Shown here piece by piece: positions 1 to 9,423 of a stretch of DNA of 64,000 bases (position 1 is its first letter; the number at the start of each line of letters is the position of its first letter). The notes below the pieces were generated by a model, which was given only the letters and a program-made list of their open reading frames with translations, ran no database searches and was not told the origin of the DNA. The stretch comes from Alphaproteobacteria bacterium (GTDB lineage: Bacteria > Pseudomonadota > Alphaproteobacteria > Bin95). The DNA lies in assembly GCA_965205265.1 (NCBI GenBank), contig CBDBGH010000003.1, forward strand, positions 3,808,001 through 3,872,000, given 5' to 3'. The translations under genes and the position numbers were made by a program.

Positions 1-52
1 GGTTTTAGACGAAGCTCCTCCGCTGACGGGACGGTTAGTGAGGAGGAGCTCA

Positions 53-238
53 ATGAAGTCTTTGGCTGTACCGGCGAGGCCGCCGGGCGAGTTCCGACAG
101 CTCAGCATGCTGTTGGACACACCGGCGCTGCGTGGCCTGAACCGGGAGGAACGCGACGCGGTCGTGGGCGCGCTGGCCGGGCTGCTTCTGGAAGCGGCGG
201 ATTTCGCGGTGAAGGAGGATGACGATGAGCACCTCTGA
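53..238 (+). CDS. small accessory protein of the serine-recombinase element
   Basis: ATG 53 follows a GAGGAGGAG RBS. The ORF overlaps the recombinase start, an arrangement typical of IS-like large serine recombinase elements. Confidence 0.6.
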   Translation: MKSLAVPARPPGEFRQLSMLLDTPALRGLNREERDAVVGALAGLLLEAADFAVKEDDDEHL

Positions 239-2297
239 TGCGTTGCCGCGATCGGTGTTGACGCGCAAGGCCGTGGTTTATGTCCGTCAGTCCACGCCCC
301 AGCAGATGCGGAACAATCTCGAGAGCCAGCGCCGCCAATACGATCTCGTCAACGTGGCGCGCGGGCACGGTTTCGCCCGGGTTGAGGTCATCGACGAAGA
401 TCTGGGCCTGTCGGCGAGTGGCGCCATCGCACGGCCGGGTTTCGAGCGTCTCGTCGCCTGGCTGTGTGCCGGGGACGTCGGAGCGGTACTTTGCTTCGAG
501 GCGTCTCGCATCTCCCGCAACGGCCGGGACTGGCACCATCTGCTCGAGCTCTGCGGTCTCGTGGAGGCCCGCGTCATCGACCTGGATGGCATCTATGATC
601 CTCGCCACCCAAACGACCGCTTGCTGCTCGGACTTAAGGGCCAGATCAGTGAGTTCGAACTCGGCGTTCTCCGCGCACGGATGCTCGACGCCGCCCGATC
701 CAAGGCAGCGCGCGGCGAGCTTCGCATCAGCGTCCCGATCGGTTACGTGTGGCATCCCCAAGGCGGGCTGGGGCTGGATCCTGACATTCGGGTTCAGGAA
801 GCGATCCGTCAGATATTCGCCCGATTTCGCGAGCTGGGCAGCGCGCGGCAGGTCCTGTTGACGCTGGTCGAGCAGCAGCATTGCTTCCCGCGCCCGTCAG
901 ATGGCAGGACAACGGTTAGCTTCGACTGGACGCCGATCCGCTATCGCAATGTGATTTCGGTATTGAAGAACCCCTTCTACGCTGGTGTCTATGCCTACGG
1001 CAAAAGCGAACAACGAACCGAGATCGTCGACGGGCGGGTGCACAAAAGCTATGGCCACCGGAGACCGATGGCGGAATGGGAGGTCATGCTGAAGGACCAT
1101 CACGAGGGCTACATCGATTGGGCGGAGTTCGAGCGCAACCAGGCGCAACTCGCCGCCAACGCCTTCGGCTGGTCCGGCGGCGCGAAGTCCGGGCGCGGCG
1201 GACGGGCGCTGCTGAGCGGACTTCTCAGCTGTGGGCGCTGCGGCCGCTCAATGTCAGTCGCCTATGCTGGGCAATCACCGGGCAATCCTGTTTATTTCTG
1301 CAACCGGCAACACCTCCAGCTCGGGCTCGATCGCTGTCTGAGGTTCGGCGGCGCGCGTGTGGATGCCGCCATTGCCGATGAGATCATCGGGGTCGTCGAG
1401 CCCTTGGCCGTGGAAGCCTCCTTGAAGGCCGAGCGGGTGAAGGTGGAGGGCCTGAGCGAACAACAGCGAGTGGCCGAGCTGGACCTGCAGCAAGCCCGCT
1501 ACGAAGCATCACTCGCCGAGCGGCGCTATGCCGCCTGCGATCCGGACAACCGGTTGATTGCCGCCGAGCTGGAGAAGAGTTGGGAGGCGGCGCTTCGCCG
1601 CGTCCAGGTGTGCGAAGCGCGGCTGGAGGCAATGCGGTCGCCGTCACCGCAGCCCTCGGGACCGGATCTGGCCGGGCTTGCCGATGACCTGAAGGCAGCC
1701 TGGAACGCGCCGGGGGTGAGCATGCGTGCCCGCCAGCGGCTCGTACGCACCCTGATCGCCGGCATCGTCGCCGATGTCGACGAGGAAGCGCGCGAAGTCC
1801 TGCTGACGATCCACTGGGTCGGTGGCCGCCATTCCCGATTGCGGGTTCGAAAGCCCAGAACCGGTGAACATGGCTGCCGAACGCCCGAGGAAGCGCTGGC
1901 GGTGATACGCAGCATGGCCGGGCGGTGGTCGGACGAACATATCGCTGCGTCTCTCAACCGGATGGGCATGCGGACCGGCCAGCACAAGAGCTGGACCGGC
2001 AAGCGGGTCGGATCGATCCGTCGCGTGAACGGGATCGACGGCTATCTCTCAGCGGACAAGCAGGGCGATTGGTACACCATGACCGAGGCGGCGAACGAGT
2101 TGGGCACCACCAGCCATACGCTCAGGCGCCTCATCGAGGATGGAACGCTACCCGCCACGCAGCTCGTTCCCCGAGCGCCTTGGCAGATCAGAGCCGCGGA
2201 CCTCCATTCAGAGAGCGTTGCTCACGCCCTGGCACAAAGGAAAGGCCCGCGTCGCACTTCATGCCGGGATCAGATGTCAATGTTTTCAGATAGTTGA
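225..2297 (+). CDS. large serine recombinase (resolvase + recombinase + Zn ribbon + coiled coil + C-terminal HTH)
   Basis: Catalytic YVRQST motif, SRISR, LKNPFYAG recombinase domain, LSGLLSCGRCG Zn ribbon and a C-terminal excisionase-like HTH. AAGGAGG RBS precedes ATG 225. Confidence 0.92.
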   Translation: MSTSDALPRSVLTRKAVVYVRQSTPQQMRNNLESQRRQYDLVNVARGHGFARVEVIDEDLGLSASGAIARPGFERLVAWLCAGDVGAVLCFEASRISRNGRDWHHLLELCGLVEARVIDLDGIYDPRHPNDRLLLGLKGQISEFELGVLRARMLDAARSKAARGELRISVPIGYVWHPQGGLGLDPDIRVQEAIRQIFARFRELGSARQVLLTLVEQQHCFPRPSDGRTTVSFDWTPIRYRNVISVLKNPFYAGVYAYGKSEQRTEIVDGRVHKSYGHRRPMAEWEVMLKDHHEGYIDWAEFERNQAQLAANAFGWSGGAKSGRGGRALLSGLLSCGRCGRSMSVAYAGQSPGNPVYFCNRQHLQLGLDRCLRFGGARVDAAIADEIIGVVEPLAVEASLKAERVKVEGLSEQQRVAELDLQQARYEASLAERRYAACDPDNRLIAAELEKSWEAALRRVQVCEARLEAMRSPSPQPSGPDLAGLADDLKAAWNAPGVSMRARQRLVRTLIAGIVADVDEEAREVLLTIHWVGGRHSRLRVRKPRTGEHGCRTPEEALAVIRSMAGRWSDEHIAASLNRMGMRTGQHKSWTGKRVGSIRRVNGIDGYLSADKQGDWYTMTEAANELGTTSHTLRRLIEDGTLPATQLVPRAPWQIRAADLHSESVAHALAQRKGPRRTSCRDQMSMFSDS

Positions 2298-2315
2298 AGA
2301 GGGGGTGCAGAATGA

Positions 2316-2705
2316 CTCCATCGTCGCGGCGCACAGCAGAGAAGGCCCGGCGAAATCATATTCGTTGTTACATCGATCACCCGTCTTGAGGAAGCTGGCG
2401 CCCGATGCCTCGTGACCGACTCTCATGCGTATTTTGGGGCAGCGAAATTTTCCACACCTCAGTCGGGTCTCGACTTGATCGACTGGGAACTGCTGCAACA
2501 GAGAAACTTTAAGCGTGATCCGAACGATCCAGATAAGATCGGGCGCTATCAGGCGGAGGCGCTAGTTCACATGCACGTGCCTATGAACGCTCTGCTTGGG
2601 TTGGCGACAAAGACGGCCTCAGATGCACGAAAAATAGAATTGCTCGTCGAAGACGCAGGTGTTAAACTTACAGTAGCGGAGCGGCCGAAATGGTATTTCC
2701 GGTGA
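2316..2705 (+). pseudogene. darT: 3' half of DarT ssDNA ADP-ribosyltransferase toxin (DUF4433), truncated by insertion
   Basis: Frame open from 2316 (LHRRGAQQRRPGEIIFVVTS...TDSHAY...IDWELL...RYQAEALVH...RPKWYF). It retains the catalytic QAE but has no N-terminus. Its stop overlaps the darG start (GTGA). Confidence 0.8.
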
Positions 2706-3772
2706 TCGAAACCGGGACGGGGAATCTGCTTGACGCCGAAGCGGAGGCGCTGGTCAACACCGTCAACTGCGTCGGTGTGATGGGCAAGGGTGTTGCGCTG
2801 ATGTTCCGCGAGGCGTTCCCGGAGAACTACCGTTCCTACCGGGCCGCTTGCAATGCCGGCGAACTCCGCCCCGGTAGTCTGTTCGTCCATCGTACAAACG
2901 ATCTGGTCGGTCCGCGGTTGATCGTGAACTTCGCAACCAAGGACCACTGGCGCGGCAAGTCGCGCATGGAGTGGATCGAAAGCGGTCTTGCGGAACTGGC
3001 AGCGCTAGTGCGGGCGGAAGGAATCCGTTCCGTTGCATTGCCGCCACTAGGAGCCGGCAATGGCGGGCTCGACTGGAACGAGGTGCGGCCGCGCATCGAC
3101 GAGCACCTGGGCGACCTCGAAAGCGTCCGGGTCATTGTCTTCGAGCCGACGGACGAATACCGCAATGTGAGCAAGCGCGCCGGCGTCGAAACGCTTACTC
3201 CGGCGCGCGCTGTGATGGCGGCCCTGCTGCGCCGCTACGAGGTGCTGGGCTTCGAATGCAGCCTGCTTGAAATGCAGAAGCTCGCCTGGTTTGCAGAGCG
3301 GATCGCGGCGAAGCTGGGATTACCCGACCGACTGGGGTTGCAATTCGAAGCCGAACGCTACGGCCCCTATTCGCACCGGCTGACCCATCTGCTCGACGGG
3401 CTGGACGGCAGCTATCTCCATTCCGACATCCGCATCCCGGACGCCAAGCCCTTCGATGTCGTGCGGTGCCGCTACGACCGTGCCGACCGGGTAGAAGCAT
3501 TTCTCAGGACGGCCGAGGCGAACGGCTACGGTGCGGTGGTGAAGAAGACCGACGAATTGATAGATGGTTTTCAGTCACCCTTCGGCATGGAACTGCTGGC
3601 GACGGTCGATTGGCTCCTGCACCGGGAAGGGTGCGCTCCGGAGGTTCCTGCAATCGCGGACGCCGTTGCGGCATGGCCGGCCGGACCCAAATGGGGACGG
3701 CGCAAGCGCAGAATCTTCGACGACCGCGTATTGGGTATCGCCCTTGAGCGATTGCAGTCCGCCGGTATGTAA
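2702..3772 (+). CDS. darG: DarG macrodomain ADP-ribosylglycohydrolase antitoxin
   Basis: Macrodomain motifs VNTVNCVGVMGKGVAL, NFATKDHW and PPLGAGNGGLDW, plus a DarG C-terminus (QKLAWF, YGPYS, MELLATVDW). Confidence 0.9.
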   Translation: MIETGTGNLLDAEAEALVNTVNCVGVMGKGVALMFREAFPENYRSYRAACNAGELRPGSLFVHRTNDLVGPRLIVNFATKDHWRGKSRMEWIESGLAELAALVRAEGIRSVALPPLGAGNGGLDWNEVRPRIDEHLGDLESVRVIVFEPTDEYRNVSKRAGVETLTPARAVMAALLRRYEVLGFECSLLEMQKLAWFAERIAAKLGLPDRLGLQFEAERYGPYSHRLTHLLDGLDGSYLHSDIRIPDAKPFDVVRCRYDRADRVEAFLRTAEANGYGAVVKKTDELIDGFQSPFGMELLATVDWLLHREGCAPEVPAIADAVAAWPAGPKWGRRKRRIFDDRVLGIALERLQSAGM

Positions 3773-3842
3773 CAGTCATTGCCGGTTGCCGGCCCCGCCG
3801 GGCGTGTTAGCTTTGTGCCCGAATTGAGAGGGGGAGGGCCGG

Positions 3843-4631
3843 ATGGCCGGGGGTTGCGACGGATATTGGCGGGAGACGAAAGTTGCGGGGGTGCCGGTGC
3901 GTTATTGCCGCTGCGGCACGGGCAGCCCGGTCGTGATCCTGCACCACGATATCGGCTGTCCGGACCGCGCGGACTTCGCGTCGGCGCTCTCAGGCTCCCA
4001 CGATGTGCTGATGCCGGTCCATCCGGGCTTCGGCCTCGGCAGCGAGCGGGCGGAGTGGATGCGCAGCGTGCGCGACCTGGCGGTGCTCTATCGCGGCCTG
4101 CTGGCGGGGCTCGGCATCGGGCGCGTTACTCTTGTAGGCCTCGGTTTCGGCGGCTGGGTGGCGGCGGAGATGGCGAGCATGGCGCCCGCGGATGTGGACC
4201 GGCTGGTGCTGGTCGGCGCGATGGGCCTCCAGCCGCGCGAGGGCTTCATCCTCGACCAGGCGCTGGTCGGTTATATCGACTACGCCCAGGCCTTCTTCAA
4301 GGACCCCGCCGCCTTCGACGCCGTCTATGGCCGCGAGCCCACGAACGACCAGCTCGAGGCCTGGGACATCTGCCGCGAAATGTGCTTCCGCATCGCGTGG
4401 AAGCCCTACATGTACAGCCAGACCCTGGCGCCGCTGCTGGGCAGCGTCACGGCGCCGGCGCTGGTCGTGCATGGCAACGCGGACGAGGTGGTGCCTATGG
4501 ACTGCGCGGCGCAATATGCCGCCGCCCTGCCGAATTCGCGCCTCGAAACGATGGCCGACTGCGGCCACGCCGTCGCGCTGGAGCGCCCGGAGGCGCTGGC
4601 GCGGCTCGTTCAGGACTTCATCGGGGAGTAA
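3843..4631 (+). CDS. alpha/beta fold hydrolase-like protein
   Basis: HPGFG, a GLGFGG elbow lacking the usual Ser nucleophile, and C-terminal CGH...ERPE. Confidence 0.8.
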   Translation: MAGGCDGYWRETKVAGVPVRYCRCGTGSPVVILHHDIGCPDRADFASALSGSHDVLMPVHPGFGLGSERAEWMRSVRDLAVLYRGLLAGLGIGRVTLVGLGFGGWVAAEMASMAPADVDRLVLVGAMGLQPREGFILDQALVGYIDYAQAFFKDPAAFDAVYGREPTNDQLEAWDICREMCFRIAWKPYMYSQTLAPLLGSVTAPALVVHGNADEVVPMDCAAQYAAALPNSRLETMADCGHAVALERPEALARLVQDFIGE

Positions 4632-4637
4632 CGGCCA

Positions 4638-5879
4638 ATGCACCTCATGTATTTCACCGAGCAGCCCATGTCCACCTACCCGGCGGACAAGGGGCTGGAG
4701 TTCGGCGCGACGGCGCTGATGTTCTCCAACCGTTATTTCGACCCGGTGGACGGCAGCCGCCTCTACAACGAGTTCCTGGAGCAATACCTCTACGCCGAGG
4801 AAGTCGGCATAGACGGCATCATGCTGAACGAGCACCACAATGCGCCGTTCTGCATGCAGGCCAAGGCCAACATCTTCGGGGCGATCCTGGCCGGCATGAC
4901 GGAGAAGGTGAAGATCGTCATGCTCGGCAACCCGCTGCCGCTGGCGGAGAACCCGGTCCGGCTCGCCGAAGAGCTCGCCATGATCGACATGATCTCCAAG
5001 GGCCGCCTCGTCTCCGGCTTCGTGCGCGGCGGCGGCCAGGAGCAGCTCGCCGCGGGCGTCAACCCCGCCTACAACCGCGAGCGCTTCGAGGAGGCGCACG
5101 AGCTTGTCGTGCGCGCCTGGACCGAGACCGGCCCCTTCCGCTTCGAGGGCAGGCACTACCAGAACCGGGTGGTGAACCCCTGGGCGGTGCCGCTGCAGAA
5201 GCCCTATCCGCGCGTCTGGGTGCCGGGCGTCATCAGCCGCGAGACCATCGTGTGGGCGGCCGAGCAGCGCTATCCCTATATCGCGCTCAACACCTCCATC
5301 GCCGACACGAAGAAGATCTGGCAGGTCTATGACGATGTCGCGCTGGAATGCGGCTACGAGGCCGGGCCGGAGAACCGGGGCTACCTGATCCAGGTCCATG
5401 TCTCCGACAATGAGGAGAAGGCCATCGAGAACGCGCGCCAGTTCCGCTGGATGCAGGGCGAGTTCACGGGGCTTGCGCACCCGGTCTGGTCCACGCCGTC
5501 CGGCTATTCCTCGCCACGCAACCGCCGCGCCTTCGTTGAGTTCGCCGCCGGCCGCCGGCCCAATCCGCGCGGGCAGACGAGCTTCGAGCAGCAGATGGAG
5601 GATCTGCGCATCATCGCCGGCACGCCGGACACGGTGGTGCCGAAGCTGCGGCGCATCCTGGAGGAGACGCGGCCCGGAATCCTCGCGCTCTGGGGCAATG
5701 ACGGCATCGTGAGCCAGGAAGACTCGATGACCTGCATCCGCATGATCGGCACGGAGGTCTTCCCGGCGATCCGCGAGATCGCGAAGGAACTCGACCTCAA
5801 GAGCCCCTTCGAGGCCGACGCCCCGGTGTCGATCAAATACTCGACGGACCTGAAGGCCCCGGCTGCGGCGGCGGAGTAG
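4638..5879 (+). CDS. LLM class flavin-dependent oxidoreductase
   Basis: Luciferase-like motifs NEHH and NPVRLAEELAMIDMISKGR. Confidence 0.9.
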   Translation: MHLMYFTEQPMSTYPADKGLEFGATALMFSNRYFDPVDGSRLYNEFLEQYLYAEEVGIDGIMLNEHHNAPFCMQAKANIFGAILAGMTEKVKIVMLGNPLPLAENPVRLAEELAMIDMISKGRLVSGFVRGGGQEQLAAGVNPAYNRERFEEAHELVVRAWTETGPFRFEGRHYQNRVVNPWAVPLQKPYPRVWVPGVISRETIVWAAEQRYPYIALNTSIADTKKIWQVYDDVALECGYEAGPENRGYLIQVHVSDNEEKAIENARQFRWMQGEFTGLAHPVWSTPSGYSSPRNRRAFVEFAAGRRPNPRGQTSFEQQMEDLRIIAGTPDTVVPKLRRILEETRPGILALWGNDGIVSQEDSMTCIRMIGTEVFPAIREIAKELDLKSPFEADAPVSIKYSTDLKAPAAAAE

Positions 5880-5894
5880 CCCTTCCCGCCCCGG

Positions 5895-6956
5895 TCAAGG
5901 CCGCCGGATCACCGCCTCGGAGAAGGCGCGCATGTTGGCCAGCGCCTCCTCGCGCTCCATGGCGCCGAAGGCGGTCTGGCAGAGGAGGTGGCCGACGCCG
6001 GCATCGCCGAGGGCCGCCACCTGTTCGCGCACGCGGGCGGGGGAGCCCCAGATCGAGCCCGTCTCCATCGCCTGAGCCACCGCCTCGCCGTCCGGGACCG
6101 AGGGGTCGCTCATCGCATTGAGCATGGCGGGGTCGATCTCGAAATCCGGCGGGTTGAGCGCGGCGCGCAGATGCATGATATGGGCGCGGGCCGCCACCAG
6201 ATGCGCATGGAGCCGGTCTTCCGCCTCGGCGTCGGAGTCCGCCACATAGACATTGCGCCAGACCGCCGCGTCGGCCAGCAGGCGGGCCCGCTTTGCAGGC
6301 GCATGGCCGCCCGCCTCCAGCCCCTGGGCATAGAGCTTCCAGCGCGCCGGGATGGCCTCCAGCGGCAGGCGCGTCGTCAGGAGCGGCAGCCCGGCCTCGC
6401 CGCATTCGCGGAACGACGCCGGGGAAATGGCCGAGCGCCAGAGCGGCGGCCCCGGCCGCTGCACCGGCCGCGGGCGGATTTCCGGCATCTCGAAGTCGTG
6501 GAAGGCGCCCTTGTGGCGGAACGGCGCCTCGGTCCATACCCGCTCCAGGATGGAGACGGTCTCGGCCATGCGCGCGCGGGAATCGCCGCTCCTGAGGCCA
6601 TAGCCCACGAACTCGTATTCGTTATAGACCGTGCCCTTGCCGATGCCGATGTCGATGCGCCCGCCGGAGAGGTTGTCCAGCAGGGAGAGCTGCGTTGCGA
6701 GCCGCACCGGATGGTGGAACGGCGCCTGCACCACGGCGAAGCCGATACGCAGGTGCGTCGTGCGCATGGCGAGCGCGGCGGCGAAGGTGAGCGCGTCGCA
6801 ATAGACGCTCTCGCCGGTGAAGTAGTGCTCCGTCAGCCAGACATCGGAGAAGCCCGCGGCCTCGGCCGTCTCCGCGAGCGCGATCTGGTCGGCGATGCGC
6901 TCCCGGTCCGCTTCCGGCGCCGGCGAGGCCGACAGCGTCAGCCAGCCGAACTTCAC
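5895..6956 (-). CDS. LLM class flavin-dependent oxidoreductase
   Basis: WLTEHYF and HPVRLATQLSLLDNLSGGR motifs. GTG start at 6956 with a GAGGGA RBS. Confidence 0.88.
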   Translation of the reverse strand: MKFGWLTLSASPAPEADRERIADQIALAETAEAAGFSDVWLTEHYFTGESVYCDALTFAAALAMRTTHLRIGFAVVQAPFHHPVRLATQLSLLDNLSGGRIDIGIGKGTVYNEYEFVGYGLRSGDSRARMAETVSILERVWTEAPFRHKGAFHDFEMPEIRPRPVQRPGPPLWRSAISPASFRECGEAGLPLLTTRLPLEAIPARWKLYAQGLEAGGHAPAKRARLLADAAVWRNVYVADSDAEAEDRLHAHLVAARAHIMHLRAALNPPDFEIDPAMLNAMSDPSVPDGEAVAQAMETGSIWGSPARVREQVAALGDAGVGHLLCQTAFGAMEREEALANMRAFSEAVIRRP

Positions 6957-7000
6957 GCCGTGTCTTCCCTCATCGCTGTTTCCGGCGAATGCAGCCGCCG

Positions 7001-7357
7001 TCAAGCGGCGGGGCGGCGGCCGGCAATCGCCTCGCGGAGGCCTTCGAGCAGGCCTTCCAGCCGCGCCTGCCCGTGCTCCACCGCCCGCAGCCGCCCTTCG
7101 ATCCCGTCGAGACGCCTGTTTGTGTCGTCGATGCGTGCGCCGAGGCGGTTGTTGACCTCGTCGATGCGGGCGCTGAGACTCTTGTTGACCTCGTCGATGC
7201 GTGCGCCGAGGTTCTTGTTGACCTCGTCGATGCGCCTGTTGGTCTCGTCGATGCGGGCGCCGAGACGCTCCTCAAGCCGCGAGTTGCTGCGCAGCAGCAG
7301 CGCCGCGACGGCGATGAGGATAGCGGGCGTAAGCCAAGCGGACAGTTCCAGCGGCAT
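7001..7357 (-). CDS. small N-terminally membrane-anchored coiled-coil protein with 11-aa (ARIDEVNKNLG) repeats
   Basis: 118 aa. Hydrophobic N-terminus WLTPAILIAVAALLL followed by hendecad repeats. GGAAAGG RBS. Confidence 0.75.
   Translation of the reverse strand: MPLELSAWLTPAILIAVAALLLRSNSRLEERLGARIDETNRRIDEVNKNLGARIDEVNKSLSARIDEVNNRLGARIDDTNRRLDGIEGRLRAVEHGQARLEGLLEGLREAIAGRRPAA
7110..7270. repeat. 33-bp coding tandem repeat (TTGACCTCGTCGATGCG core)
   Basis: About 4-5 imperfect units encoding the RID-E/D repeats. Confidence 0.8.
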
Positions 7358-7549
7358 GGACGACCTTTCCTTCGGCGAGGGAGTGTGCCCCCAACGGAGC
7401 GCGCCGGCAAGAGGCCGCCTGTACCCGCGCGCCTTTTGCATTTCGCGGCCGGCTGGATTATGGCAGGGGTTCCGCCGCGTGCAACGCGGCGAACTGTTAT
7501 GAATGGCGGCGTTATGCGCCGCCGCGGGAACGGGAGGGGGCGCTTCCCC

Positions 7550-8530
7550 ATGAACGCGACCAACATGCGCAAGGTGCTCTGCGTGCAGGGCATGCCGAAG
7601 GCGGGGCTCGACCTGTTCGCGGCCCGCGACGATATCGAGGTCGAGATCGTCCGTGAGGGCCCGGGTTTCGACCTCCGGGCGCATCTGGGCGATATCCACG
7701 GGATCACGCTGTTCGGCACGCCCTACACGCGCGAGCTGATCGCGGCCACGCCCAATCTGGAAGTCTGCTCGCGCTTCGGCGTCGGCTTCGACTCGGTCGA
7801 TGTGCCGGCGCTGACCGAGCGCGGCGTGCCGCTGATGGTCGCCGGCACCGCCAATTCGGTGACCGTGGCCGAGCACGCCATGTTCATGATGCTCGACCTC
7901 GCCAAGATGGCGCGCCAGTACCATGCGGGCGTGGCGGCCGGGAATTTCGGCGTGCGCAACGAGTATTCGGCGCTCGACCTCTACGAGAAGCGGCTCTTGT
8001 CGGTCGGCTTCGGGCGCATCGGCTCGCGCACGGTGAAGCGCGCCGTCGCCTTCGAGATGGACGTGCAGGTGTATGACCCCTATGCGGACCCGGCGGCCGT
8101 GCGCGCGGCGGGCGCGGAGCCGGTGGACGACCTCGACGCGGCGCTGGCGGAGGCGGATTTCGTCACCATCCACTGCCCGCGCAACGAGGAGACCTACGGC
8201 CTGATCGGCGCGGAACGGCTCGCGCGCATGAAGCCCACCGCCATCATCGTCACCACGGCGCGCGGCGGCATCGTCAACGAGGCCGCGCTGATCGAGGCGC
8301 TGCGGAACCGGACCATCCTGGCCGCCGGCATCGACGTGTTCGACCCCGAGCCGCCGCTGCCCGGCAACCCGCTCTTCACCATGGACAATGTGCTGCTCTC
8401 GCCCCATTCGGCGGGCGTGACGCGGGAATCGATGGACCGCATGGCCATGGTCACCTGCCAGAATGTGATCGACGTCTTCGACGGCAGGCCCGTGCCTGCC
8501 CATGTGGTCAACAGGGAAGTCCTCGGCTAA
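7550..8530 (+). CDS. D-isomer-specific 2-hydroxyacid dehydrogenase (SerA-like)
   Basis: RFGVGFD, VAEHA, GFGRIG, ARGGIV, IDVFDPEP and SPHSAG motifs. Confidence 0.9.
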   Translation: MNATNMRKVLCVQGMPKAGLDLFAARDDIEVEIVREGPGFDLRAHLGDIHGITLFGTPYTRELIAATPNLEVCSRFGVGFDSVDVPALTERGVPLMVAGTANSVTVAEHAMFMMLDLAKMARQYHAGVAAGNFGVRNEYSALDLYEKRLLSVGFGRIGSRTVKRAVAFEMDVQVYDPYADPAAVRAAGAEPVDDLDAALAEADFVTIHCPRNEETYGLIGAERLARMKPTAIIVTTARGGIVNEAALIEALRNRTILAAGIDVFDPEPPLPGNPLFTMDNVLLSPHSAGVTRESMDRMAMVTCQNVIDVFDGRPVPAHVVNREVLG

Positions 8531-8544
8531 GGAACGCAAGGAAC

Positions 8545-9339
8545 ATGCGCAAGAACAACGTCCTCGAAACCTGGAAGGCCGGCGGCGCGGTCGTCAATGG
8601 CTGGCTCGCGATCCCGAGCGGCTTCTCCGCCGAGGTCATGGCCGGCTGCGGCTGGGACAGCGTCACCATCGACCTCCAGCACGGCATGGTCGATTACACC
8701 GCCGCCGTGCCCATGCTGCAGGGCATCTCGCTCTCCGACGCCACGCCCATGGCGCGCGTGCCGTGGCTGGAGCCCGGCATCATCCAGAAGCTGCTCGACG
8801 CCGGCAGCTACGGCATCATCTGCCCGATGATCAACACCCGCGAGGAATGCGAGCTGCTCGTCGCGTGCTGCAATTACGCGCCCAAGGGCTCGCGCAGCTT
8901 CGGCCCGATCCGCGCCGTCATGTATGCAGGGGCCGATTACGGCCGGCACGCCAACGACACGGTGCTCGCGATCGCGATGATCGAGACGCAGCAGGCCATC
9001 GACAATCTGGACGACATCCTGTCCACGCCCGGCCTCGACGGCATCTATGTCGGCCCCTCGGACCTCTCGCTCTCGCTCGGCCACGCGCCGCAGCTCGACA
9101 CCGAGGTGCCGGAGGTGGTGGCGGCCATCGACACCATCCTCGCCGGGGCGAAGAAGCACGGCGTGCCGGCCGGCCTGCATTGCGGCTCGCCGGAATACGC
9201 CGCGCGGATGTTCGAGAAGGGCTTCCAGCTCGCCACCATCGCCAATGACAGCCGCCTGATGGCGGCAGGCGCCACGGCCGCGGTCGCCGCCCTCAAGGGC
9301 AAAATGGCCGACAGCAACATCTCCGGCAGCCCTTACTGA
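8545..9339 (+). CDS. HpcH/HpaI aldolase family protein
   Basis: IDLQHG, MIET and YVGPSDL motifs. Confidence 0.9.
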   Translation: MRKNNVLETWKAGGAVVNGWLAIPSGFSAEVMAGCGWDSVTIDLQHGMVDYTAAVPMLQGISLSDATPMARVPWLEPGIIQKLLDAGSYGIICPMINTREECELLVACCNYAPKGSRSFGPIRAVMYAGADYGRHANDTVLAIAMIETQQAIDNLDDILSTPGLDGIYVGPSDLSLSLGHAPQLDTEVPEVVAAIDTILAGAKKHGVPAGLHCGSPEYAARMFEKGFQLATIANDSRLMAAGATAAVAALKGKMADSNISGSPY

Positions 9340-9423
9340 GTGGCCAGGGGCCAGTGGATAGTGGTTAGCGGTTGGCAGACCGCGACGAAACGCTATCCAC
9401 TAGCCACCATCTACTGACCACTA
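9339..9423. repeat. inverted array of 7-bp repeats (AGTGGNN) between convergent genes; probable bidirectional terminator
   Basis: AGTGGCC-AGGGGCC-AGTGGAT-AGTGGTT-AGCGGTT, a spacer, then ATCCACT-AGCCACC-ATCTACT-GACCACT. Confidence 0.7.

Larger units (their letters stand above)
1..2315 (+). mobile_element. IS-like large-serine-recombinase element (left end outside the window), inserted in darT
   Basis: The DarT-like reading frame begins abruptly at 2316, right after ...GGGGGTGCAGAATGA, 18 nt past the recombinase stop. Confidence 0.65.

Noticed and set aside
225-2297. Serine recombinase as the integrase of the phage-like cassette
   Set aside because: Its junction lies inside darT at ~2315, and 7 kb of host metabolic genes separate it from the virion genes.
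7110-7270. CRISPR-like 33-bp periodicity
   Set aside because: In-frame coding repeats with no unique spacers and no cas genes.
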